A stretch of DNA of 53,835 nt from a virus (lineage: Duplodnaviria > Caudoviricetes): positions 1 to 53,835 of the IMG/VR virus record IMGVR_UViG_3300033067_000444; one strand, given 5' to 3'. Under the pieces are notes generated by a model that searched no databases, was not told the origin of the DNA, and saw only the letters and a program-made list of their open reading frames with translations. Every line of letters starts with the position of its first letter. Within the stretch, counting starts at the first letter, position 1. A program made the position numbers and the translations under genes. This document shows positions 1 to 8,879 of the stretch, one piece after another.

Positions 1-3000
1 CACGGTGCGCTACTTCCCGGCTTAATCTTACCATTGCGATTGTCACGGATAACAGACCCGCCGCCCATGTCCATACCATCAGGATTGACCTTGGTAGTGG
101 GCAGTTCACCCAACGCCGCCTTAACCTTATCGCTTTGCTCGGATAACGGCTTATCCCACAGTAGATATTCGTCTTGTTCGGGAGCTAGTTCAACTTCGTA
201 GAGTCTGCCTTTTTCTTTTTTATATTCAAGAACAGGTCTATCGCCGTTATCTAAAAGCGACAATGCATCTCTAGCAACAGCCTTGATGCTCTTACTGCCG
301 CCGTAGTTGGCTACGTCAAGAAGGCTTTCTCTGGTATTTTCAACATTTCCTGATTCTTGATTTAATATGTAAGCGAGATAATGTTCTGGCACATCAGTAT
401 TAAGTAATTCGCCGTTTACATAATTCTCACCTGTTGTTAGTTTTTCTTTGTAGAATTCAGCAACATCCCTGCTCTCGGCAAAATAATGCCCGTAACCATA
501 AGCTTGTGCACCCTCGCCCGTACCGATCTTGCTGGTATCGAACTTATTGTGATCGTGCGGGGAACCGTGGAACGCTTTCTGGTCGAGCAACGAACCCCCA
601 GGCATTCCTACCTCGTTACCCGTGATACCGAACCACTCCAACGTTTTACGAAAATCGTCTTTGATCTGCTGCGGTGCCTCTGGCCTGGTGGCCATTTCGT
701 TCAATGCTTCAAGGTAGAAGTGACCGCCTTCATGGATCACGGAGGACAGATCGGAACCGTCGAGCAAGGTCATCGTGAACGTGTTTGGATTAAATCCAGC
801 ACGGTTGCCTTGGAACAACGGCAATCCCTGCATGATCTTGTCACGCATTTCTGGTGTGATATCGAGGGAGGGCTGCTCTCCGGCTTTGCTTGGGTCTGTA
901 GGCAGTTCATGCTGCGCGATCGCGTCTTGCGCCTCCGCGTAGGTATCGAAAGTAGCCGCTCTGTTCTCGCTAGAAGTCCATACCCCTGTGGTAGGATTCT
1001 TCAGATACATACCCGCGCTTTCTTGAAATACTCTGAGTTTTCCGTCTTCTCCTTCGACAGTTCGTAATATGTTCTTTGTTTCTCCTGTCATGTTCAAAGG
1101 GGTTACCTTGCCCCCTCCCAGTTTCTTCGAGACATCGTTCACGACTTGCGGAACAATACCGTCGTAGAAGGCTTTCATACCCTCACCGCCTACCTTCAGG
1201 TCGAGACCTTCCAACTTCACTGGGTAATCTCGTTCCCTGTTTATCCTCTCTAGCGCAGCTTGAACCGCCTCGTCCTCCGTTGCGTATCTGCCCGTGAAGG
1301 GTTTTCCGTGTAGTTGACCGGGAGGGATGACCGTAAAAGGTCTGTCCTTATCACTCTGCGGGTCTAAGGATATGTCATACCCATCAGGTAACGCGGTTAC
1401 CGGTTTGTCTTCAGTCTCGACTAGTTCGACTACCTTATTCGCTATTTCCTTGCCGATTACATCCGGTAATTTGTCCTTGGTGTAATTACCTGCCAATACT
1501 TTTTCTTCATTGTTGTCGAAGACTTGTATGTCGTAGGTGTCCCCTGTTCCGCGTCGCGCTTCTATGCTCTGTATTTGTTTACTCAAATCGTAACGCGCAG
1601 CCTGCTGCTCGCCTGTAGTCCACGCGATCTTGTCGAAACCGTTTTCGGCTGCGTAGCGCATGAGACGTTTTACGGCAAGGGCTGTCCATGATTTCGTGTT
1701 CTGCACGAAAGGGCCGGAAGGGGTGCTACCTCTGACTTTCTCCCTTAGTTCCGCACGGCGTTTGTTAACTGTCAGTAACTCTGCTTCGATAGTAGTTCTC
1801 TTGCTTACAGATACCGTGTATACCTTGTCGCCTAACTCTTTCGCTTTGCCGTCTAGTGCTCTAAGTTCCTCCTGTTCTTGCGGTGTCAGACTGGCGAACC
1901 CCTTATCCCGCCCTTGTTGCGCCCAGTCGGATTGTATCTCTTCGACGAATAGGACTTTCTGCCCGTTTGCCTTTCTTTCATTTACGCGAACATGTGCGAG
2001 GATATTGGGCTGGTTGAAATGTGATGAGCGAAACCTCACATCTGCGGTTACGGCTTGCGGTATTATCGCTGCTCTGGCCTCTTCCTCCGTCTTGTACGAC
2101 TGTATACGCTCACCGCCCGAGAACAGTCCCCATCTTCCGCTATCTAATTTCCTTACTTCCTGCGAAGCCGCAAACTTCTTGGCAGGCAACGTAAGCAGTA
2201 ACTCGCGGTAGTTCCCGCCGCCTGGTAGGACGTAGTTATCAAATTTTGTTTCACTGAATTGCGACGATCCACGGCTTACCCGTTCGAGAGCTTCTTGCAA
2301 AGTGTCGAAGGTTACCCGCCCGGTGAAGCCTGGTACGTTTATCTCGTACTGCCCATCTTCGATCTGTATTATCTCGCCCAATGAGCCATAGTTCTGCCCT
2401 TCAGGGTCATCGGATCTGTAGAGGGTGTAAATCTCTGGCTGGTCTTCGTATTCCTGCACCGCAATCGGTGTCGCCGTACCGCCTAACACTGTCTCGTCAA
2501 TCCGCACCCCGTTCTCACGAACAAAGTTCTCGATATCGGCAACGGGTACTTTGCCTTCCTGAGTGTCGAGCCAGTCCATCAAGCCGACTGCTTCAATTTC
2601 TTCCTTCTTGAATTTACCTTCTTTCTGCCGTGCTTCGATCCACGACTTAGCCTGTTCCGGTTTGATGTTTCCATCCTTACCGGCTACCTTCCGTAAGTTC
2701 GGTATCTCACGTTCGAGTGCTGAATAGAAAGCGGACTGTTTCAAGATATTCGGATCACTGGAAAAGTCGCCGTTGTTGCCTATCGCGGATTTGATTTGAT
2801 CGGGATCGAATGCTATCCAAGATTCCACATTTTCATCAGTGTCCGGGTCGCGCTCAACTATGACAGCCCCGTCATAGCCCAATTCTTTTAACTTGCTGAC
2901 GAAGAAACTGCCCTCGTCTTCTTCATCAAACATGCCCCATATCTGATCTGTGGATATGTTACGCATTAATCTAGGGTTGATTCCCTTCTCAGTTAATGCT

Positions 3001-6000
3001 TCTATAACAACGTCATCGATGAATCCTTTTGTAAGATCGATAACATTACGCATCTTCAGATACACCGGCATTACGTTAGCGTCTCGTGCAGAACCTCCTT
3101 GAACGCTAAAGCCTTCCGCGAATTTCTTATCTTGAGTAAAGAACATCCCCGCGCGGCGAGTATCCCAGGTGCCAAACTCGTTTGAATTAGCGCCAGGTGA
3201 TCCCACGACAAACTCGTTGAAGTCCCCTTTAGTGCCATGGTAAAAAACTAAGGGCGGTGCCATCTTTCTGTCACCACGGCTGCTCGTAGGCCACTGTCTC
3301 GATTCACTGTCTCCAAACCACTTCCAGAAATTACGAATTCCTTCTTCTGTTGGGTAGATTGGTCTGCCTTCACTGTTCAACGTGGTACGTTCTATCCCGT
3401 CAACGTTTAGGGTTTCGGGTAGTTTCGCTGTTTGAAAGAAGGTGTCGTAAGCCCTGCTATTGAATCTCTTAGACAAGGGTACTACATTTCCTTCATCGTC
3501 ATAGGTCACTGCGTCCAGTAATTTTCTATTGTTCTTTGTGTTCTTGTATGCGTACTCTTTGCCATCATCGTAACCGAGTTCGTTTATAGAATTGGCGTCC
3601 CACCATAAATCTTTCAGTTCTACCCGCTGCGCTATTATCCTGTAACCACCTGGGATACTTTCACCCTCCAGCTTCGCGTATTCTCTGGATGGGCTTACCC
3701 AATCACCGTTTCGTATGAAGTCATCTTTAACATTCTTAGGTACTGACCGGAATACCGCTATACTTCGCGCCTTTTTCTCGAGCGCTCTGTTTACGGTGTA
3801 AAAGGAATTTCGCTCAGTAACGTCGTTTTGGTAGTAATGCGGATGGGTCCAGTAGTCGTCAGGTACGATACCTGCATCCTTTATAGTAGCGAGGTTATAG
3901 TCCTCACGATTAGGAGCTTGATGCATCATCCGGTATTCGCTACCTGAGAGATACCCCTTGTCCTTGGCAGCCTCGTACACCATTTCTTGCGCTCGAACCA
4001 TGTCCCCGTCTGCTACTGCTTTCAAGTAATCTGCGTCAATCTTTTGGTTCTTCGCTGACTGCTCCAGCCCCCCGTCTTCGATCTGCATCTTCGAGAAATT
4101 CAGCGGCAGGCGTGTATATAATTCAGAAGGTAGTATCCCCTCCTTGGCAGCGTTGACCGCATAGAATTCACGAAACGGTACAGCGTAGACCGCATTTACA
4201 GCACGGTTGAAACGTTTTGCGGAGTTCATACCTGTAAGTATCTTGTCGTGAACTTCCTGAGCATCACGCGCGAAAGCCTCGACTTTGTTCTCGTGCGCTT
4301 TCAGGTACTCCGTGTAATCTTTACCGTCGTTCTGTGGCTTCGCTGCGAATTCTTCCCGTGTTAACACCGGTTGTGTCGTGTTGATAATCTCTTTCGCTTT
4401 CTCCGCAAAAATCTCTTTCTGCTGCTGGAAGAATGTTTGTGATTCTGAATATGTCATGCCTTCTGGATCGGTACGCAATTGGTTCAGGATCATCGGTTCC
4501 AGCTTGGAGCCTGCCAGGTATGTGGCATAGTCCTCTATCGGTATGCGAACTTCTCCGCCGGTTGCGAGTGCCGTCTGTAAGTCCCTTGCCACTACTGGCA
4601 TGTTCTTGATGAATTCTTCCGGTTTGATTCCAGATTGTTGCAGGGACTCTTCCAAGTGCTTCGCGTCAACGAACACCTCCTTGATTCCGCTGTGTTCGTC
4701 GGCCATCGTCTTGACAAACTCTTTGAATGCGGAAGGTGATTCCTTGCGGAGTTTATTGTTGACGATTTCCTCCGACCATTTCTGTAACGCGGCTTGTTGT
4801 TCTTCCGCACTGACTGCTTTGCCGATGTTGTTCAAGTGTGCGTCTGCTGCTTTTTTCAAAGCGTCGTCAGTAGAAGCGCCTTGCTTCCTTGCGGGTACGC
4901 CTGCCTGTACCGCTGCGCCCATCGTACCGCCGGTTACAATACTCAACGCCGCTGCTTCGGGTACTCCCTCATCCCAAGGTTTACCCAGTGCGATGTTCTG
5001 GAAGATTTGCTCAGTGACTCCTTGGGGTAGCTCTTCCACTATCCCCTCGGATACGAACCCTCCTGCCAATCTTGCAGCCAAGGAGAGCGGTACGTTTGAC
5101 TGTTGCATCTTACCGATAACTTTTTCTCTCAGTTTTCCTGTTGCAAGTAGTATGTCGGGGTCTTCTATCCCTATACGTTGCGCGAACTGTGCTCCGGCTG
5201 CGCTTATGAGCGTACCGATTACCCCTGTACCCCACGCCAACGCCGCTCCTTTTGCGTCGAGTTCCTTGTCGGGGGATTGTGTTCTTATCTGTTCTGCTGC
5301 GCTCCCTGCCATCGTTAAACCTTCGCCTATAGGCACAGCGACAGCGGCAGGTACGAAGGGCATCAAGGCGCGAGCGTACACGCTACCAAGGTACATGCTT
5401 GGAAGACTCACGCCTACTAATTCTACTACTGCCGCAGGGTTCTTAACGGCGGCCTCTATCGTCCCGAGAAAACCCTTCGCGTTCTCTACCTCCTTCAAGG
5501 CAGCTTGCATCTCGGGGGTGTACATGTCCGTCAGCGTCTTCGATATCTTGGGGAAATCTATACCGTTAGCTTCCAATGTTTTGCCTAAACCTCCCAAGTC
5601 GGCAGGATTCAGATCCGCTATACCTACCGCGCTCTGTGTAAGCATCGTCAGCCCCTTCGCCAACATGATGGGTGTGTCTTCTGTGGCGCTCCTGAAGAAC
5701 GTTTCAAGAGTCTTCAAGTGCCCAATGTCTTTACCAACCAGTTCGGAATTACCTTGTACCCCGAGGTACTTGGCCACTGCCGGGAAGTTTTTGATTAAAT
5801 CTTCGGGGTCATGTTCTTTGTAGAAAGCGGTATCTTCAACCTGGGGGGTGACAAGACCAGGGTTAACCCCTGTCTTCGCTGCTACGTCACGGCGGTGCGC
5901 TGCCAGTGCTGTGTCTGACTTGATACCTTTGCGAATGGCCAGACCTAGAACATCGGCTTCCACCTGCCTCGGTGTCGGGCCCGTGTCAACTGGTTGAAAT

Positions 6001-6191
6001 TCTGGTACGGGCTTGCCTTCCAATACCGCAAGAGACGCGGCTACGTCGTCGGGGATTCCAGTTTTCTGTTGCGTGATATCCTTACGGATTATCGGCGCAG
6101 CGGGTATTTTGTCCAAAGGCTTCGCGGTATTCGCACTTGATTCAAGAAACGACAACGACGCTGCAACGTCGTCGGGTATTGTTTTCGCCAT
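1..6191 (-). CDS. Giant ejected/internal virion polyvalent protein, 5' part (continues through the junction to 49929; ~3,365 aa total)
   Basis: Manual translation from ATG 6191 (MAKTIPDDVAASLSF...) stays open to position 1. Contains an ART-like module (FRSVP..GDWVSPSREYA), an ART-PolyVal-like module (YHGT 3242-3231, GMFFT, GYDGAV), an EEIQSDW domain (1943-1923), a HEGGH zincin motif (734-720) and a HGSPH ART-like module (569-555). Position after two internal virion genes matches T7 gp16/Bbp10-like genes. Confidence 0.9.
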   Translation of the reverse strand, partial: MAKTIPDDVAASLSFLESSANTAKPLDKIPAAPIIRKDITQQKTGIPDDVAASLAVLEGKPVPEFQPVDTGPTPRQVEADVLGLAIRKGIKSDTALAAHRRDVAAKTGVNPGLVTPQVEDTAFYKEHDPEDLIKNFPAVAKYLGVQGNSELVGKDIGHLKTLETFFRSATEDTPIMLAKGLTMLTQSAVGIADLNPADLGGLGKTLEANGIDFPKISKTLTDMYTPEMQAALKEVENAKGFLGTIEAAVKNPAAVVELVGVSLPSMYLGSVYARALMPFVPAAVAVPIGEGLTMAGSAAEQIRTQSPDKELDAKGAALAWGTGVIGTLISAAGAQFAQRIGIEDPDILLATGKLREKVIGKMQQSNVPLSLAARLAGGFVSEGIVEELPQGVTEQIFQNIALGKPWDEGVPEAAALSIVTGGTMGAAVQAGVPARKQGASTDDALKKAADAHLNNIGKAVSAEEQQAALQKWSEEIVNNKLRKESPSAFKEFVKTMADEHSGIKEVFVDAKHLEESLQQSGIKPEEFIKNMPVVARDLQTALATGGEVRIPIEDYATYLAGSKLEPMILNQLRTDPEGMTYSESQTFFQQQKEIFAEKAKEIINTTQPVLTREEFAAKPQNDGKDYTEYLKAHENKVEAFARDAQEVHDKILTGMNSAKRFNRAVNAVYAVPFREFYAVNAAKEGILPSELYTRLPLNFSKMQIEDGGLEQSAKNQKIDADYLKAVADGDMVRAQEMVYEAAKDKGYLSGSEYRMMHQAPNREDYNLATIKDAGIVPDDYWTHPHYYQNDVTERNSFYTVNRALEKKARSIAVFRSVPKNVKDDFIRNGDWVSPSREYAKLEGESIPGGYRIIAQRVELKDLWWDANSINELGYDDGKEYAYKNTKNNRKLLDAVTYDDEGNVVPLSKRFNSRAYDTFFQTAKLPETLNVDGIERTTLNSEGRPIYPTEEGIRNFWKWFGDSESRQWPTSSRGDRKMAPPLVFYHGTKGDFNEFVVGSPGANSNEFGTWDTRRAGMFFTQDKKFAEGFSVQGGSARDANVMPVYLKMRNVIDLTKGFIDDVVIEALTEKGINPRLMRNISTDQIWGMFDEEDEGSFFVSKLKELGYDGAVIVERDPDTDENVESWIAFDPDQIKSAIGNNGDFSSDPNILKQSAFYSALEREIPNLRKVAGKDGNIKPEQAKSWIEARQKEGKFKKEEIEAVGLMDWLDTQEGKVPVADIENFVRENGVRIDETVLGGTATPIAVQEYEDQPEIYTLYRSDDPEGQNYGSLGEIIQIEDGQYEINVPGFTGRVTFDTLQEALERVSRGSSQFSETKFDNYVLPGGGNYRELLLTLPAKKFAASQEVRKLDSGRWGLFSGGERIQSYKTEEEARAAIIPQAVTADVRFRSSHFNQPNILAHVRVNERKANGQKVLFVEEIQSDWAQQGRDKGFASLTPQEQEELRALDGKAKELGDKVYTVSVSKRTTIEAELLTVNKRRAELREKVRGSTPSGPFVQNTKSWTALAVKRLMRYAAENGFDKIAWTTGEQQAARYDLSKQIQSIEARRGTGDTYDIQVFDNNEEKVLAGNYTKDKLPDVIGKEIANKVVELVETEDKPVTALPDGYDISLDPQSDKDRPFTVIPPGQLHGKPFTGRYATEDEAVQAALERINRERDYPVKLEGLDLKVGGEGMKAFYDGIVPQVVNDVSKKLGGGKVTPLNMTGETKNILRTVEGEDGKLRVFQESAGMYLKNPTTGVWTSSENRAATFDTYAEAQDAIAQHELPTDPSKAGEQPSLDITPEMRDKIMQGLPLFQGNRAGFNPNTFTMTLLDGSDLSSVIHEGGHFYLEALNEMATRPEAPQQIKDDFRKTLEWFGITGNEVGMPGGSLLDQKAFHGSPHDHNKFDTSKIGTGEGAQAYGYGHYFAESRDVAEFYKEKLTTGENYVNGELLNTDVPEHYLAYILNQESGNVENTRESLLDVANYGGSKSIKAVARDALSLLDNGDRPVLEYKKEKGRLYEVELAPEQDEYLLWDKPLSEQSDKVKAALGELPTTKVNPDGMDMGGGSVIRDNRNGKIKPGSSAP

Positions 6192-6202
6192 ATCGTTAAG
6201 CC

Positions 6203-7930
6203 TTATTTAGGTTGTTTCTTGTTTATCGTTTCCCAGGCACGAATCAACTCTGCATCGGTATACGGCCTACTTCCTTTTGGAGCGTATTGCCGTATGCGTT
6301 GCGCGTGTGCGTATGCCGCAAGTATATCATCATTGTTGTACCCTTTCATCAATTGCCCAAATGTTTTTGGGTATGATCTGGTAGGGTCTGCGCGGTAGGC
6401 TTCCTTCGTAGAGTTGAAGATCTTAGAGTTGAAGATCGTACCGACCTGCACGTATTCTTCGTTGGCCTTGTTGACAATGTTCATCTTGTCTTCAAGGGTC
6501 ATAACCTTGCCGGGGTTTGCTGCCTTCCACTCGTCTTTGTTCTTCTCCACGGCACCCTTGAAGGCCATCTTCAGTTGTGGATCTTTCGCACTCTTTGGCA
6601 TACCCATGTTAATCAGGTCGGGGTCAATTGTCGCCTTGTCCGCAGCTTTGTCCTTAGAGGCGGACTTTTTCATCAAGGCATTGATCTGTTTCTCCGGTAG
6701 TATGCCCATGTAACTGGCGATCTCTTGTGGAGAAGGTGGTACTTCGCTGTCGTCAATCCGTTGGGATAATTCGGCATACAGTTGCATCCCGGCGTATGTC
6801 GTCGTTGTGCCCTTCTTACCGGCTTCTCCTTGCCCAAGTGCGACGAGTTGATTACGTATCTTTGTTGCCAGTACCGGATCGGTTGCGTCGAGGTTCTTCA
6901 ATGTATCAGACTTCAATGCATTCTCTACGCCTATGTTCCTAGAATCCAGTACCACAGAACCTTGTACCTCGCGTCGATCTTTCTCTCTTGCTCTGACTCG
7001 GTCGTCGTAGATAGCGTCCGCTACGCGCATAGTTTCGAGCGACTTGCCTTCTGTCGCCTTCAGTTTTTCGGTAAAGATATCGCTCTCGGACTTACCCGCT
7101 ACGTGCATCGCGAAGAGTTTCTCTGCGATGTCGCGCCCCTCTTTCGTAGCAATCTGTGGTCTTAGTGTATCCCTTGCATGTCCTACCGCTTTGGTGTCCA
7201 TCTCTCCTTCAACCGTTGTGAGGTATTCTTCAGCCGCCTTGGGTTGATCGTTCTGCATGTAGCCTTCGATCACTGCCTGGTGTGCCACCGTCCTCGCGTC
7301 AAGCAAGAGTTTTTGACGAAGTTGAGAATCAGTAATCCCGTTCTTCACCACATATTCGGCCACCGTTCTGTCGATGTTATTGAGTTCCCGGTTGACTGTA
7401 ACCGGGTTATTGTAATTGGCCCCGATCGTGTTGGCAGATACTTCGATGTTCGCCTTATATACTTGTCCTCTGTGCTTCAGATCCTCGTTCATCGCGTGAC
7501 TCAGGAACCCGGCTTCGTAGTCTACTTGCTGCCGTTTTGCCGCTTGTTCAAACTTACCACGAGCGAGAGGCCCGAGTTGTTGTCCAAGTTCACCAACTTT
7601 GGTCTTGAACTTGTCTTGGTATTTCTGCATAACACCTGGTTTAGTCGCGTCTCCGTTCTGGAGTTGTGCGTACCCGTCAGGGCCTACAGTCATTTCGTTC
7701 TGTGCTTGTTTGAGTTGTACGAGAGCATCCTGTGCATGTAACGCCGCTGTCTCGTGCGCCCACTGATCCACCCGGTAGGCGGTATTCTCTATAACCCTGC
7801 CCGACTGCTGCATCACTGCACCTAGGCGCTGTTCCGCTTCGCCTACTTGGTTAGGATCGTAAGTCGCTACCTGTGTACTCGGCTGTAGTCTGGCACGCCC
7901 GATATCGTTCGCGCTTGGCAGGATAGGCAT
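6203..7930 (-). CDS. Internal virion (ejection) protein, gp15-like position
   Basis: 575 aa, helical, Ala/Gln/Lys-rich; lies between the small internal protein and the giant protein. Confidence 0.7.
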   Translation of the reverse strand: MPILPSANDIGRARLQPSTQVATYDPNQVGEAEQRLGAVMQQSGRVIENTAYRVDQWAHETAALHAQDALVQLKQAQNEMTVGPDGYAQLQNGDATKPGVMQKYQDKFKTKVGELGQQLGPLARGKFEQAAKRQQVDYEAGFLSHAMNEDLKHRGQVYKANIEVSANTIGANYNNPVTVNRELNNIDRTVAEYVVKNGITDSQLRQKLLLDARTVAHQAVIEGYMQNDQPKAAEEYLTTVEGEMDTKAVGHARDTLRPQIATKEGRDIAEKLFAMHVAGKSESDIFTEKLKATEGKSLETMRVADAIYDDRVRAREKDRREVQGSVVLDSRNIGVENALKSDTLKNLDATDPVLATKIRNQLVALGQGEAGKKGTTTTYAGMQLYAELSQRIDDSEVPPSPQEIASYMGILPEKQINALMKKSASKDKAADKATIDPDLINMGMPKSAKDPQLKMAFKGAVEKNKDEWKAANPGKVMTLEDKMNIVNKANEEYVQVGTIFNSKIFNSTKEAYRADPTRSYPKTFGQLMKGYNNDDILAAYAHAQRIRQYAPKGSRPYTDAELIRAWETINKKQPK

Positions 7931-8523
7931 TAATTAAAACCCCCGCGATTTATACCCCGTTGAAAGTCGATAAACGATGGCGTGTTACCTGATACGCCAC
8001 GCGGGGTTGTCATACCAAAGTACGCCATGCTACCAGCGTCGGCAAGGCCGCTAAGTGCGGTTGAGAACGCTTGCATCTTGCTTGCTTTCGCTGCGACGTT
8101 ACCAGCTTTCAGTGCTTGGTAGCCTTCGTATCTTGTTGATGCTGCTTGCAGTCGCTCCGTACTGGCCTGTGATTCCGCGTTGTACGTCTCTGTCTGTGCG
8201 GCTCTTTCTCCTTCCACTGCAAGACCTGATATTACTTTAAGCACTGTGGGATCAAGCGTCCCGCCGCCTGATGCTCCTGCAATGGCCAATGCCCTCGACT
8301 GAAGTATCTCGGATTGTCTTTTTTGTTCGAGGGATGCGTATTGCCCTGCCGCTTGTGTCTGCGTCGCATTTTGCTCAAGCTGCGCCGCTTGGAACTTAGC
8401 AAGCTCATTTTGCGCCCTGGCTTGTTGCTTCTGCGCCTTGGCTTGTTTCAGCGATCCCATTACACTCAGCGCAGTTCCTCCTGCGCTCATCCCTGCCATT
8501 GCGAATGGTAGTGCTGCTCCCAT
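7930..8523 (-). CDS. Small internal virion (ejection) protein, gp14-like
   Basis: 197 aa; Gly/Ala-rich hydrophobic N-terminus followed by a Gln/Ala coiled coil, typical of podophage pilot proteins; synteny. Confidence 0.7.
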   Translation of the reverse strand: MGAALPFAMAGMSAGGTALSVMGSLKQAKAQKQQARAQNELAKFQAAQLEQNATQTQAAGQYASLEQKRQSEILQSRALAIAGASGGGTLDPTVLKVISGLAVEGERAAQTETYNAESQASTERLQAASTRYEGYQALKAGNVAAKASKMQAFSTALSGLADAGSMAYFGMTTPRGVSGNTPSFIDFQRGINRGGFN

Positions 8524-8525
8524 GA

Positions 8526-8879
8526 TTACCGCCTCATCTCAAATAAAGGGCTACCGTCGTATTCTACACCTTCTATCGGTTCAAAGCCAAGATGTTCAAG
8601 TAGTTTAGTTGCCCCTTCGGTACCACCATCGGCGAGTGCGTACCTGGGGTTAAGTTCTGCAACGATCTTTTTTGCGACACGAACCATTGTCTTCTTGAAG
8701 CTCTTACCTTCTGGTTTAATCTCACTGAACAGGACTTTCTTACCTTCATTCCAGTAAACGCCTCCGATTCCGATTACGTTACCCTCGTGTTCCACGACGA
8801 AACCCTTCATCGTTAACGGTGGCATTTTCCCGTAGAACGATTCTATATCCCTTTGCGTGGCTGCTCGTACCGTTGTCAT
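8526..8879 (-). CDS. GNAT-fold acetyltransferase-like protein (T7 gp13-like position)
   Basis: MTTVRAAT...VIGIGG...KLLEHLGF pattern; start moved to ATG 8879, which overlaps the upstream stop. Confidence 0.65.
   Translation of the reverse strand: MTTVRAATQRDIESFYGKMPPLTMKGFVVEHEGNVIGIGGVYWNEGKKVLFSEIKPEGKSFKKTMVRVAKKIVAELNPRYALADGGTEGATKLLEHLGFEPIEGVEYDGSPLFEMRR

Noticed and set aside
434-5823. Plus-strand ORFs such as 486..1067, 1660..2211 and 4543..5823 (426 aa)
   Set aside because: Antisense shadows of the giant minus-strand gene; Ser/Ala/Cys-biased with no motifs or SD.
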